64,000 nucleotides of DNA from Heteronotia binoei (lineage: Eukaryota). The translations under genes were made by a program, and so were the position numbers. The stretch spans positions 48,236,001 through 48,300,000 of the forward strand of contig NC_083233.1 in NCBI RefSeq assembly GCF_032191835.1, written 5' to 3'. Of the stretch, positions 50,069 to 64,000 are shown piece by piece (the stretch's first letter is position 1; each line of letters opens with the position of its first letter). The notes beneath the pieces are model-generated. The model was not told the DNA's origin, searched no databases, and saw only the letters and a list, made by a program, of their open reading frames with translations.

Positions 50069-52208
50069 CTGGAGAAACACAAACCCAAGGTTAGAGTTGG
50101 GAATTTGCTCAAGGACAGCCCTGCAGGAAAGCAGGTGGTAAGGCAGGAGGGAAGCCATAGGTTGGGTAGATCTGAAGTGAAAAGTCTGTCACTGTTTACA
50201 AGGGACCCCCACCTACAGGCAGTGGATTCATAGAGGCAGTGCACTTTGGCACGTGGCACCATCTCAGAAATATTATTTCCCTGCCCCTAGCCCAGAGGAA
50301 TGGCTGCTGTGCCCTGTCGGGAGGTAATTGTGTGAGCAGAGGATTGACTAAGGTAGCTTCTGCCTTGTCTACTCATTGTGGGACACTACACCTAATATGG
50401 AGACAAGGATCACAATGCATTCAAAACTGTGCGGCCTGTCCAAATGCCTGCTACAGGTATATGAGAAGCAGCTGGAAGCAGCCATTCTTTACACTGATAA
50501 CCAAAGAGCATCTAATGCTATTGATTGTGCTTCCCCTGCAGCCAGCTAAACCATGCTGCAGGCTTGTTTAACAAATAAAGTAGCTCTGAAAGAGACTGCA
50601 GCTGGAGAAACTGGGCAGCTTTTGTGAGCGGCTGAGATTTGGCTGCAGCAGTGCTGCTGCATCACACGCCGAGCTGGTCCAGTGCCTGTTCAGCCAGAAC
50701 TGCATTTGCTTGCCTGCAACATGGCAGGCCAAAATGGCCCCAGACACAGCAGTTTTTTTCCCTCTCAGTACTCATGAGCTAATCCTATGAACAACATGAG
50801 CTGATTTACAGATACCAGAAGTAGTCTCTCTAAGTGGAAAGGTTGGAAGTTCACAGACCACACAATTCCAGCCTTTGCAGCTGCTTTAAAATACTTTCTT
50901 TTAGCCCTGCATTTGTGCTAACCTCAGTCCACCAGTGGTACAACAGCTTATTCCATGTAACACAAAAGGAGAGTGACATCAATATTTGCACTTGCAACTT
51001 GTAAAAGGAAAAAGAACCTCCAGAAGGTTGTGAGATCCAAGCCTTCAACTAATTAACTTGGTTTCTTATATACAAGAGCAGGAGGAGGGGGGGAAAGGCT
51101 CTAATATTGTTGGGCTTTGCATATGGGGAGGACTTTTTCCCCTGAAGGGCTATATAAACAATATGTTGTTGAAGGCTTTCACCGCCAGAGTGCATTAGTT
51201 GTAGATTTTCCAGGCCGTATGGGCATGGTCTTGGCATTGTGAGACCTGACGTTTCACCAGCAACTGTGACTGGAATCTCAGAGGTATAACCCAGAAAACT
51301 GTAGTTCTCTCTAGGTCGAAGAAGATGATAGGCAGGTGATTTATATCTACTCAGGAAGGTGGGGTAGGGCTGAGTCATTATCTTGTAGGAGCTTCCCAGC
51401 TGTGATATGCTAATGGAGGAGCTTTCCTCCATTATTAGCCGCCCTGAGTCCACTTGCTGAGAGGGCGGGATAAAAATCTAAGGTAAATAAATAATGAATA
51501 GAGCATGGTTTCCAGTCCTGAAAAACACAAAATGCTCTACAGTTCACAACAGCATTACACATAAGATTAGAATTTCAATAACCAATCCATATACAAAAGG
51601 ACCTTCTCAGGAAAGCTCCTCGATTAGCATGTCACTAGCAGCTTGTGATGTTCAGAATGTCGCACCTTCCCAGTTCCCATATTTCACAGCTGAAAATAGG
51701 AACATACTTATAAGGATATACTTGTGCATTTATTAAATGCAATTGCATTAAACACACACATCCCTACCCTTTTCATTTATAAATAGTTAGCAAAGGTTGA
51801 ACCCCCTTACCTCTAGCAGCCCATACTAAAAAAAATGTTATAAAGTATCCTCAAGGCCAAAATAGGGGATAAAACATAGTGCTTTAATATGGAGAGGCAA
51901 AAGAAAATGAACTGCCCTGTCAATAATGTCCTCCTTGTTCAATAGCCTCTAATGCTGCTTCTGACTGGCTTTGGGAAATTTCACAAAATAATGGACACCC
52001 TACTGATACAGGGGAATCAACTCTGCATAAATGTTCTTAAGTCTGACAATTGCAACTTATCTTTGAAAGGAAATAAGCTTGCTTGCAGTAGGGGAACCTG
52101 GGCTAGGCACTCCTTTTATGATAGGAAGGGCAGAAAGCCTACTGTGGAACTCTGTCCAAAGTGGAAGTGGGCGCCACTTGCCACTGCTCCAGAATTATCC
52201 CTGTGGAC

Positions 52209-52406
52209 CAGTGTTCCCTCTAAGTTGTCAGCTAGCTCACAGCTTTTTAGCCTCTGGCTCACACATTTTTGTCTTAGCTCGGGAAGGATAGTCCCAGAGC
52301 AAACTAATTTATGCAGTAGCCAAATCGCTTGCTCAGAACTTTAATGTCAGTAGCTCATGAAGTAGAATTTTTGCTCACATGACTCCACAGCTTAGAGGGA
52401 GTATTG
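52209..52406. mobile_element. hAT MITE (CAGTGTTCCCTCTAAG family)
   Basis: TIRs plus a perfect 8-bp TSD CTGTGGAC. Confidence 0.9.
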
Positions 52407-53412
52407 CTGTGGACCCCCTTGTAAGGCTCAGTTGTCTACTGACATAGATGAGCTTCACATCATGATGATTCTGGAGCTGGGCCTCAGTATTTCAGCACAG
52501 GTCAAATAACGAGTAATTTACAGTTGGCAAGGAAAGAAGCAACTGCATTTTATGGTGCTTTTCCAGAAGTTAATTCTAAATGGCAGTTTCATGAACTCAG
52601 TGCTTCTGAGGACATGGCCATGAGGAGATTAAAGTCAAGAAACTGGTAGGGTTTACAGCACCACAAGAATATCAAAATTATGCATGTTGCAACATATCTG
52701 CTGAAAAATACGTTTTCTTTTCATTGTTTTCCTTCATTTGACTACCAGCTCAGAACTGCACAAAGTTCCCATTAGAACTGCTCAAATTAGCATTTGCCCA
52801 TTTTGCACCAAACTGTGCAGTAGAACTACGACCCTGCAGTTCAGCTGCTTTGGAAGGCAAGACTACTATGATTAGACCTGATCACAAGGCTTGTGTACTT
52901 ACAAAGATTAGTCATATCTCATGCCTGCTTTTGAACTACTCAGAGAAATCACTGCAGCTATAACTTAGAGGCACATGGTGAACCTTCCAGATTTAGCCCC
53001 TGGCATTTCCAGTTCAAAAGACCGCTGCTAGCTTGTCTGGGAAAGCAGTACATTTTTGTGCCTGGAGAGCTACTTCCTGTCAGAGGAGACAAATATGCAG
53101 TTGATGAACCAAAGTTTTGATTAAGTACAAGGTAGCTTTATCTTGGGAGGGGCTTTACAGGCTGTGGGTCCCAGGTATCATCCCTGTCATTTCCAGATAA
53201 AGGATTTCAGGCTGCAAGTGCTGAGAAAGACTTCTCTCCCTGAGATCCCAGTGAGACACTGGCCCTGAGTACTGTGGGCTAGGGTGGATAAAAGGCAGCT
53301 TTGCACAGTGAGATTCTGATAACATTCTTATCCTGTGACCCTGCCTCCTCGTCTGGCCTTTGGCATTCCCTGCTCTAGATGGCTCTCATGGTAGCTGGAA
53401 CTCTGCTCTCTA

Positions 53413-54273
<861 letters not shown>

Positions 54274-54632
54274 CTATTAGAAGTCTGCCCTACAGTACTT
54301 GTTGCTCCAACTGAAGCTCACCCAGTGATGTCATTGAAGGACTTTGCTCCCAAAGCAGTTTGATTCACAGACTTGTGTTGTGAAGGACACTGCAAAACTG
54401 GAAACCCTTTCCAAACCCAGCCAGGCATGCACTTTTAGGGCACTCACCACATGGAGGTGGTGTTGATCCCAGCTAGTATGAACAGCAGAGAGGAGGGGGG
54501 AGGGATAAGCAGTGCCATTGTTCAAATAAGTGAACAGGGGTTAATTTGTAAGCCTTCTGTTCACTGAGATCAGAACACACATCTCAGATTGCATATGCGA
54601 TCAAATGCTTCTGTATACAAAATACACCCGTG

Positions 54633-54802
54633 CAGGGCTTTTTTTGTAGCAGGAACTTCTTTGCATATTACGCTACACTCCCCTAATGTAGCCAATCCTT
54701 CAGAATTTACAGAGCTCTTCTTACAGGGCCTGCTGTAAGCTCTTAGAGGATTGGCTACATCAGGAGTGTGTGGCTTAATATGCAAAAAAGTTCCTGCTAC
54801 AA
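54633..54802. mobile_element. Palindromic hAT MITE, right end truncated
   Basis: Homologous to 4664-4844. Confidence 0.8.
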
Positions 54803-56766
54803 CCTCCCCCCCCCCTCGCACCCATGTACAAAAAAAAAAGCTCAGTCACCTGCTCCCTGACCTGTGAGCTTTCCAGACAAGGAGATGGAGAAGTATCCCG
54901 TCACACATGCACCCACTTGTAGTGGGATGGCCAGACACAGGGAGAGCTCATCCTTGCAGAGGGGTTAATCTGTATGTGGTCTGGATGTTGAGAAACTGCT
55001 TAGTAGCAGGAGGGGGAGCCAGAGGCTCCTTTGATCTGCTCCATCCCTAAGAATGTTAAAGTTGGCAGAAATCATGTCGCCCCAAAAGAAACTGTCTTCC
55101 CTCTTTCCCCTCCAACATGCCCATTGACATACCAAGTTCAACAGGTACCCTATGGGGCTCAAAATCTACAAATAAGCTACATGGCAGATAGTGATCAACA
55201 GTGAGACTCTGCAAGCTCGCAACAGATTTTTTTTAAAAAACAGGACCTGGATGGCCACTGTCTTAGGGCACAACCTGCAAGACCTCCTCTCTGATGGCAT
55301 GGTGTTAAAAATTCATCATCCCCCCTCCTCCTCAGACCCCTCCCCCTAAACCAATGTGCTTTTACCCATGCATACATAATATACCTACCACCATCTCAGT
55401 CCACTCCACACATCTGAGGAGGCAGCCCTTGCCTAGGAAGGCTTAGGCCACAATAAACCAATCAGTTGCTAAGGTGCTGCAGGACTTGTCTTTGGGTGGC
55501 TGCACATTCATGCGGCCACTCTTCTGAAATCAGATTCGGTCCATTACATTCATACAGAAAAATCATTCTGACACCTGTTGCTCATGGGTGAATTTGGCTC
55601 TCAATCCTCACTCTTAAAGCAAGCCAGCAAGTGGATACGGGTCCAGGAGTGGAAATGGATCACTATCTTAGATCCCAAGCAGAAGACAAAGTTGAAATCT
55701 CACTGGAGCAGTCAGTGTGAGATCCTGAACAAAGGCCTTCTCTCATGGGACAAAATGCACCAAGTGACTGCAGAGCAGAAAGTGACTTACAGGTTGATTA
55801 CACACATTTTGTTCTGGTTCAGCACCCAAACTGCAGCAGGTTTGGGGGATATTTTTTAGATTCACATGGTGTCATCCCCTAATTGCTCACTTTCTCAGTT
55901 TCCTCCTGTTTTGCAGTGACCTTTCCCAAACCTAGTTTGATAACAGTGTTTTTGGAAAGATTGCAGCTCAAGAAGAATAAGAAATTTGCCTGCTGTGTGG
56001 ACAGGAAGGTGCATCTTGAAGGTGCCACACCCATTCTGGCACTATTTTCTTTGCTACAGCAACATGCAGCCAACATGCTGCCCCTAGATATATTTCTCTT
56101 TTAAAAAGTCAACCATTGCTAGCTACAGCAGAGAAGCACTATAAAATCCTAGCAACAAAAGGGGCCACAGACTTACTCTTTGGTTTAAAAAATAAACTGG
56201 AAATTCAGAGGAGTGGCTTGGTCATGGCAATAGATCATTTATGTTATTGCACCACAGTGATCTTGCCATTGGTGATTTTAAAAAAAAAAAGCCTCCCCAA
56301 AGCCTTCAGTGGTGGTGGATGGCACCTGTATGGGGCACAGGCAAGAAGGGTGTGAGCAAAACTGCTGTGAGGATGCTCCTTTGCTGCTATGAGAACTGTC
56401 CCCCTGCCACAGCCCAATACAAAAACTCAGCACATCTTGCTGTTTCTGGCTGCAAGTTTTGGAACTTGAAAAAGCAAAGTGATCTTCTCCATCACAGCCA
56501 GATACAACTTGACCCCTTGATTATATTCTTAACAATGTGAAGGACTTCTGTAATGTTTTGAAGTTAAAAAATCCTGAAAACTGTTGGCTGGTTTGACCAA
56601 GTTCTACAAGGGGCTGGACCAAGATGGAACTACTCAGGGCCACCTAACAGAGGACAGTTGCCCCTGCTTCCTCCTGTGGGGCCTGCATGGCAAAAGCCCC
56701 CTGCTGTGAGCAGCTGCAGAGACCCTCAGTCACCCCCACCCATTTCCTCCCTTTGGCTCAGCCTCA

Positions 56767-57180
<414 letters not shown>

Positions 57181-57744
57181 TCAGCCTCCTGCTGCAGGGG
57201 GGGGGGGGGGGAGAAAAATCAGCCTGAGTTTGTTGTGTGGGTGTCCAGTGTCACAGAGCCCTATTTGGAAGTTGTTTGCGGGGTTTATTCGTGATGAACG
57301 ACAAGGTTCCCTCCTATGCCGCTGAAGGCTGCATCTTCCCCTGCAGCACAGACTCCAGCGCAGAGGCGTTCCTTGAGTCATCAAGGCTTTTAATGCAGAA
57401 AATGCCGGTGAAGTTACCCCTCTCCCCGCCTGAAATGGCTATCAAAGGAGTCAACGGAAAAGAACATTTGGGTTTGGAGCAGACACCACCTCACGTGGGA
57501 ACAGAAAGGTGGCTGGAGACACCCAAGGGTGGGGGGAGGAATGCTACATTTGAATGTCATGAAAGGGTGGGAGGACCAAGGTACAGATAGAAGGAAACTT
57601 TGTGAAGTTGCATTTTCCCCAACAGAAGGTACATTCTAAACCATTATTTCCTATTATTTTGAATGTTTAAAATGTCACACTGCTTCGATAAGTCAAGCCA
57701 TTCTGGATTCTTTGGAGCCACAGGTACTTTATAGTAGGAGTTAA

Positions 57745-58040
57745 GCTGCACCTTTAAGACCAACAAAGTTTTATTCAGAATGTAAGCTTTCATATGCATG
57801 CATACTTCTTCAGACGAGGGGATAGGGTACAGTGGGCTGAAATACATGTAGTTGGTGGGTTAAGAGTGTAAACATCAAATGGATCAAATGGTGAAATAGT
57901 GTAATAAATTGGAAGACCATTTGGTCTGGATGGCAATAAAAGGTAATAAAAGTTGCCTGTTAATAGTAGTAAGGAAATGGCTATGCTTTCTCCCAGTGCC
58001 CTGGGGCTATTCTGCATCCCCCCCCCCCCCAATTCATGCC
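57745..58040 (-). mobile_element. Penelope 3' remnant with a hammerhead motif at 57781-57816
   Basis: Minus strand CUGAAGA-A-GUAUGC(AU)GCAUAU-GAA-AGCU-U, then gaataaaactttgttggtcttaaaggtgc. Helix I has only 2 clear pairs. Confidence 0.75.
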
Positions 58041-58077
58041 CTACTTTCTCTTGGGACACTCATGTACACGCATACAC

Positions 58078-58255
58078 ATGAAGCTGCCTTATACTGATTC
58101 AGACCATTGGTCCATCAAGATCAGTACTGTCTACTCAGAATAGCAGTGGGTAAGGGATTTCACATCTCCTACTGCCTTGTCCTTTTAGCTGGAGCTGCTG
58201 GGGATTGAATCTGGGACTTTCTATGCCCAAGCAGATACTCTTATCACTGAACTAC
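58078..58255 (-). mobile_element. tRNA-derived SINE of a second family (aaggcagcttcatg tail)
   Basis: Related degenerate plus-strand copies lie near 53010-53310 and 61790-61980. B-box-like gggattgaatctggg. Confidence 0.55.
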
Positions 58256-58302
58256 GATTCTATGACCACAGGCCAAACTACCCCTCGGGGCTAACTTGAG
58301 AC

Positions 58303-58572
58303 CCAGTTTGGTGTAGTGGTTAAATGTGCAGACTCTTATCTGGGAGAACTAGGTTTGATTCCCCACTCTTCCACTCACAGCTGCTGGAATGACCTTGGGT
58401 CAGCCATAGCTCTTGCAGAGCTGTCCTTGAAAGGGCAGCTTCTGGGAGAGCTCTCAGCCCCACCCACCTCACAGGGTGTCTGTTGTAGGGGAGGAAGGTA
58501 AAGGAGATTGTAAGCCGCTCTGAGACTCTGAAATTCAGAGTGAAGGATGGGGTATAAATCCAAGCTCTTCTT
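58303..58572 (+). mobile_element. Near full-length tRNA-derived SINE with L2-like tail
   Basis: ccagtttggtgtagtggttaa...ggtttgattcccc...tgtaagccgctctgag...ggggtataaatcc. Confidence 0.85.
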
Positions 58573-58989
58573 CTACCTACACGTGGCACTGAAGACCCAT
58601 GATCAGGCCATTCAACATGTTAGTTAACTCTTTTAAAAGTAGCTATTTGGAACAGGTCTGGTGATTGGGGGGGGGGGGTGCTATCTATTTGCTTCCTTTC
58701 TGTCTGCTTCCTTTCTATGGCTGAAATCACCTCCCTGGCTGCTATTAGCCCCAATTGAAGAAAAATGAAAAGCAAGTAGTGGATCTGGGAAAGGGGGGGG
58801 AGCATTCAGAAACAGTTTGATGTAGGAGAGGGTACTGAGGGAACAACAGTTAATCCCTTTCCCTAATCTGGAGGAAAGTATCCCTGATACTTTGGGGGAG
58901 ACCAATCACAGATCTCCACTGTAAAATGCATTTTGACCCTCAAAATGTGCTACTGTGCTGGGTGTCTAAATTGATGGGAGGAAAGTGTA

Positions 58990-59112
58990 GATGACTTGGG
59001 AAGGCAATGGTAAACCACCCAGTAAAAAAGTCTGCCATGAAAATGTAATGCAACGGTTACCCCAGAGTCAGAAACTATTGGTGCTTGCACAGGGGACTAT
59101 CTTTACCTTTTT
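58990..59112 (+). mobile_element. SINE/RTE-like 3' fragment
   Basis: ggaaggcaatggtaaaccac...ggggactatctttaccttt resembles Sauria-type SINE bodies and tails. Confidence 0.5.
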
Positions 59113-59489
59113 AAAATTAGATCAAGCACATCAGAGAGGACAATGTGGGACAATGAAGAAGCTGTGCGAACCACATCTGCAGCTGAATGACTGATTTAGG
59201 TAGATTCTGCCTTTAACTTGGAACTATTAAAATGCAGATTAACAATGCCATCCTAAAGAGAGTTACACCCTTTTAAGTCCATTTAAGGGAATCGATGCTA
59301 TTCTTATGCTTTGTTAGAACAACTAATAGATTTGGGCTCATTTATTTAGTAGAGAAGAGATCCTTTTTTTCTTATTCATGACTTTTGCAACTGCTTTGCA
59401 TTTACATGGCACTCACTTCCTACATCCACTCCCCCCTCCCCTTACCACCTAATGTATCTCTGGCCAGCTTCCTCCATGCATCTAACAAA

Positions 59490-59605
59490 CAGAGCTGTGT
59501 TTCTTGAAAGTGTATGCTAGAATAAAATTTGTTAAGTCTTAAAGGTGCTACAGGACTCTTTACTGTTTTGCAGCAACAGACTAACACAGCTGACTCCTCT
59601 GGATC
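59490..59605 (+). mobile_element. Highly decayed Penelope pLTR remnant
   Basis: gaataaaatttgttaagtcttaaaggtgctacaggactc...cagactaacacagct matches the family. Confidence 0.6.
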
Positions 59606-62349
59606 TAGGACATTTTTTGGGACTCTGAAAGCTGTTGGCCTTAATAGCGATTCATACAACTGGTTTAAGCAGAAGAAAAGCGATAACTTGCATCAAACTC
59701 TTCATTGGCAAAATGCAGCTCATTTTCAGGCAGAGGGAAAACAGAGCTGGACTGCAAGCAAACATGAATTTAATCTGAGACTTTAATCAAAGTTGCATTC
59801 TACAAATGTAAAAGTCCACTCTGTAGAATACAACTGTGGTCCTGCGGATTTCTGCTGTAAGGTCCCTCTAGGTTAACAGCTGCATCTCTTCAAAGCATTC
59901 TTGAATCTTTCAAGAATTTGTGCTTTGTGCTCCTTAGATCATCAAAGCAGCTCCTGGCCCTTGAGAAACACCTGTCCCAGCTTGGCTCATACCTTTGCTT
60001 CCTGCTCCTCAAAGCCACAGCCTGGGAGAAAGGGATTTGTTTATTTATTGCTTTTATTCCACTCCAACCTCTGTGTTGCCCAGCAGATTTCCAGTCATTG
60101 CAGCGTCTTTTCCAGTCTGTTGTGTGTGCGAGAAATCAAGTCATTCCAGCAAAGGTCTGTAGATGGCAGGAAGTGCCTGGCTTCAATTGCACATCATGTG
60201 CATAGATGCTCTGCTCAAGTCACAGGATGGAGGTATGTTTGCTTCCTATGCTCATCTGAATTGAAGGCAATAAGCCAGAGAAAGAAAGAGCTCTACCTCT
60301 AGTCTATATCACTTTGCAGAAGGGCAAAAGCAAATCAAGTTTATAAGATTCTACAAGCTGGGGCTACCAGGCATATCGCCATCTCAATCATAAGGTGACA
60401 GCTCTTCATGGGGAGGTTGTTACATCCCAACCAGACTGTGCATCACTCTGGGTACCACTTCTCCACTCTTGCATCACTCTGCTGTACAAAGGCCAGGTAT
60501 TCTTGTCAACAAAAAATAAAGTCAATATGCATCCTTTTGTCTGCTATACAGGAGGCTGAATATGCTGCTCTAGAAAGGAATTCTTTTCGGGAGTTTTCAG
60601 GTGTTTGCTTCTGGGGGAAGGTGACCTTATGAGGGCTTTGCAGAATGTCTCACTCAGAATAGCCATGTTTCTGCTTAGAGCAGTTCTCTGAGAGACAAAA
60701 TTGCAGGGCCATGCATGTTTGTAGGCAGGGGTCATTTTGTAGAAAAACAGGTGGTGGAGTTCATCCAGAGATTGTTATGCAGCTGCACCTACTATTCAAT
60801 AGTCAAGGTAGGTAGATGGGGAGGAGGAGGGGGAACCCTCAGAAAGGTTCAGAAGCTGTGCTCCTGTAAGCACCTGCTGAATTCAAGGCCTGTTTGAGGG
60901 GCTGCATAAAGATGAGCCCTCACAGAGAAGATGCTGCATTGACATAGGGTTGCCAACTTTTAAACTGGACCTTCTGTCTTGTGATTACCAGTTTGATCTG
61001 CAGCAATTATTGAGTGATGTCATTTAGCTCCATGCCATGAAACACTTCAGTGAATCAATTCTACACATTTAGCCCTCTACTACGGAGACAGGAATTGTTT
61101 CCTGGCTAGTTGGCCACCTTAGTTGCATAGTACATATGGTGGTGTGACGAATCCCTCCATACTCCAAAAGAGGGAAGGACTATGCTTAAGGAAGGGCCAG
61201 TGTGTTTCTCCGACACCCCACTGCATGTTGACCTGGCCAGTCTGGCTGATGTGTGGCAGAATGAGCCTGTACAGAATAAAGCATGGCTGGCTACCTTTTC
61301 TACACCAATGACTTCTGCCGCCAGGGGCAGTGCTTCCTTCTCTTGCCCAAGCAGGGTCAGACTATGGCATTTTGCTACCCTGACTGAACTGTGGTCCAGG
61401 ATCCCTTGAAATGTCACACAGCCTGCCCAAGCAAGGGCACAGGTGGCTTGCCCTGCAAAACAGCCTCCCCCCCCCCCCTCCCCGCAGATGCCTGATTAGT
61501 TGAGTGGGAGGAAAGTAAAGGCTGGCTCACAAGGAGACCAACTGTGCAGATTTGATTAATGTCAGGGCATGTAAGGCTGCAATCAAGCCAGGGCTGGTCC
61601 CAAAATCAGCTTCTAGGGACAAACACCCACCGGGGATCTTTTGCAATACAAGTCTTCTTGACCTCTGCTAAGTGCCTGGAGGCAGGAGTTCGATGATCAT
61701 GATGGTGTTGGACTGAATTTGCATCTGGTGTGTCACCAGGCACTCCAGGCACTTCATCTTGACTCCTTGCTCTCAGGGGAGGCTCTTGCCTTTGAGGCTC
61801 AACAAGAGAATACCTGCTTTGCATGCAGAGCACCCAAGGTTCAGTCCCCAGCATCTTCTCATTAAAGAGCCAGAAGAGGCTTTGGTGTGACAAGCTGCAG
61901 AGAGCAGCTGCGAGTTGGAGTGTCAGCAGCACTGGGCTGCATGTGACCTGACTCAATATAGGGGAACGTCACTGGGGCTGGGTAACAGGTGGTGTGCAAA
62001 CCTCAACTAATTACAAAGCCTTTGCAGCTAAAAATGTGTTTTCAATTCAGTTTTAATTATAGGTAACTGAAATATTAAGAGGTTGCTTCTACAAGGGAAT
62101 ATGGATCAATATACTCAGAACATAGCAAGACAGGAAAAGAAATGTCAGCTTAGAAGGAGAGGGACTCGCTCTGATTTTCAAATAAACAACCTGCGTGCAC
62201 CAAACAGATGACCCACAGGCTCTATTTCCAGGATAGCTACAATTATAGGGTGTGTTGGGACTGGTCAAGCCTGACCAGTCTGATAATCTTCACAAAGTCA
62301 GACATGACCCTGCTTTGTGCTGCAGAAACATTGTCATCTCTGTGATGTC

Positions 62350-62521
62350 TAGGGTTGCCAGGTCTGTGTTGGAAAATAACTGGAGACAGCAGGCAACAAT
62401 ACCATAGAGTCCACCCTTCAAAGCAGCCATTTTTTTTTCCAGGGGAGCTGATCTCTGCCAGCTGGAGATCAGTTGTAAAAGTGGGAGATCTCCAGGCCCC
62501 ATCCGGAGGCTGACAACCCTA
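62350..62521. mobile_element. hAT MITE (TAGGGTTGCCA family)
   Basis: TAGGGTTGCCAGG...TGACAACCCTA, with the internal cccttcaaagcagccatttt motif shared with 12021. Confidence 0.8.
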
Positions 62522-64000
62522 GCAGAAACAGGGAAGTTGAAAGGACAGCCCCACATCAGCACACCAGAGAGCAAGAGCTGGCAAAGGGCACAGTAAGCAT
62601 CACTGTCTGGGCTGGAGGAGCTTCCAAAGTCATATATTAGTGAGCTGCTGTTTAGGTACCTGAGAAGCATTTCAAAAACAGGCTAAAATGCCTGCAGAAT
62701 TTCTGGGCCCAAATGCCCAGCCCTGAAGGCAGGTGAATATGACAACATTCCAGTGAGTCTGTGAATCTAAGGTGATGCAGACATACTTTGGCTTGACATT
62801 CATCCGTCTTCCCTACTGTTACTAATCTCCCAGGCTCTTGCCAGTCTTGAAGAGCAATCAGGATGAGGCCCTGGTTCCCCCAAGGGCTCAAAGAATGCTT
62901 GGGAAGATGAGCGGCTAATGGCTTTGAATCACAAAGGAACAGCATTGAAGTTGCATCTCACAGCTTTAACTGAAGCCACAGGAGCTGCTAAGCACAATAG
63001 AATAATTGTGCCGAGCAGGTTAACATTTGGAAGGACTGCAGTGACTGTTTCCTTCCCTTCTCAGTCTCCTTGAGCTCTCTAGGACTGAAAACAATCTATT
63101 GGCAGGGGAGGGGAGCAATTGCTCTCTTAACAACAGATCATTGGAGGGGCCAAGGAGCCGTCTGCAGTGGAAGCTCTTCAGTCACCCCCCAGTCCACACC
63201 CATTGTCCCTCTCTCCCTCCCTCTGCATAGCTCACCACTGTCCTTGGCCTCCCAACAGGTCACACACTGCCTGGCAGACATTTGCAAATAAAGCTCCATG
63301 TTGCACAACCTGGGGTCCAGGGGTTTTTCTACCAGTTGTGCAATAGGTGGGCCCCGAGTGGCTCTTCTGCCCACAGTGAGATTCAAGTGGGCCAGACCAG
63401 GGTGGCTTCCTGCTGCACTGGCCTACCATTGGCTCTGGAGACAGAACGTTCTGGGCTCCTCTCTTCTGGGGCTGGTGCCTACTTACAGCCTTCCTTGTGC
63501 TGTTTGTCTTCAGCTTTGTCCCACCTCCCACTGAGATCCCACAACAGCCAGCCAGTGTGGTGCTGTGGCTAAAGCGTCAGGCTGAAGAGACCCCAGTTGA
63601 AAACACCACTCAGCTGGGAAGCTCAGTGTGTGACCATGGGCCAGCTGGCTGGCCATCCTCTGTCGGCCAAGCCCTGCTTCACAGGGTTGTTGTGAGGATA
63701 AAATGGAAGAGGACAGAAATGCCCTGATCTGCTTGAAGGAAGGGCAGGATTAAAAGGACAAGACAGATGACATCCCATCCTGACCTCCTAGTTCTCACTT
63801 AAAATCTCACTTTCTGCTCTGAGAGCCTCCAGGCTTCTTTCCTCAGGTCCCAGTTCTGTGTTTCCTACCCCCTTTCAGAGTCCAAGTCTCACAGCCCTCC
63901 GGCTCTAGCCTTCCTACTGGACTGGACTTCCTTTCCACACTTAACTGATCCACGCAGCCTGGAATGTCAGTTAGTAGAGATGCCCTTCCCACAGCTGAGA

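Overview
Vertebrate genomic DNA, not prokaryotic. The repeat content (5S-derived and tRNA-derived SINEs, hAT MITEs, Penelope remnants, CR1 and L2 fragments) suggests a squamate reptile, probably a gecko; the species call is inference. Six protein-coding genes can be built from GT-AG splice sites that keep the reading frame. They are the last two coding exons of PLP1 (+), RAB9B (-, intronless CDS, 201 aa), thymosin beta-15 (-, 45 aa), SLC25A53 (-, single coding exon, 299 aa), the complete 7-exon PRPS1 (-, 318 aa) and the last three coding exons of FRMPD3 (-). Most of the other six-frame ORFs are noise. Five observations stand out. (1) A decayed Penelope-like retroelement and its dispersed 3' remnants carry minimal hammerhead ribozyme motifs. 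(2) A hAT MITE bounded by a target-site duplication contains a ~145-bp copy of nearby flanking DNA. (3) A Met-Ala-Ala-stop uORF lies in frame with PRPS1 across an otherwise stop-free leader. (4) Retaining the last thymosin intron would add an octaproline tail. (5) PRPS1 sits directly upstream of an SLC25A51-family carrier that keeps the NAD-binding residues. There are also promoter-like CpG regions with no coding partner and a convergent CTCF pair. I found no CRISPR array, tRNA gene or rRNA gene. I cannot claim a definitively new biological system from sequence alone.
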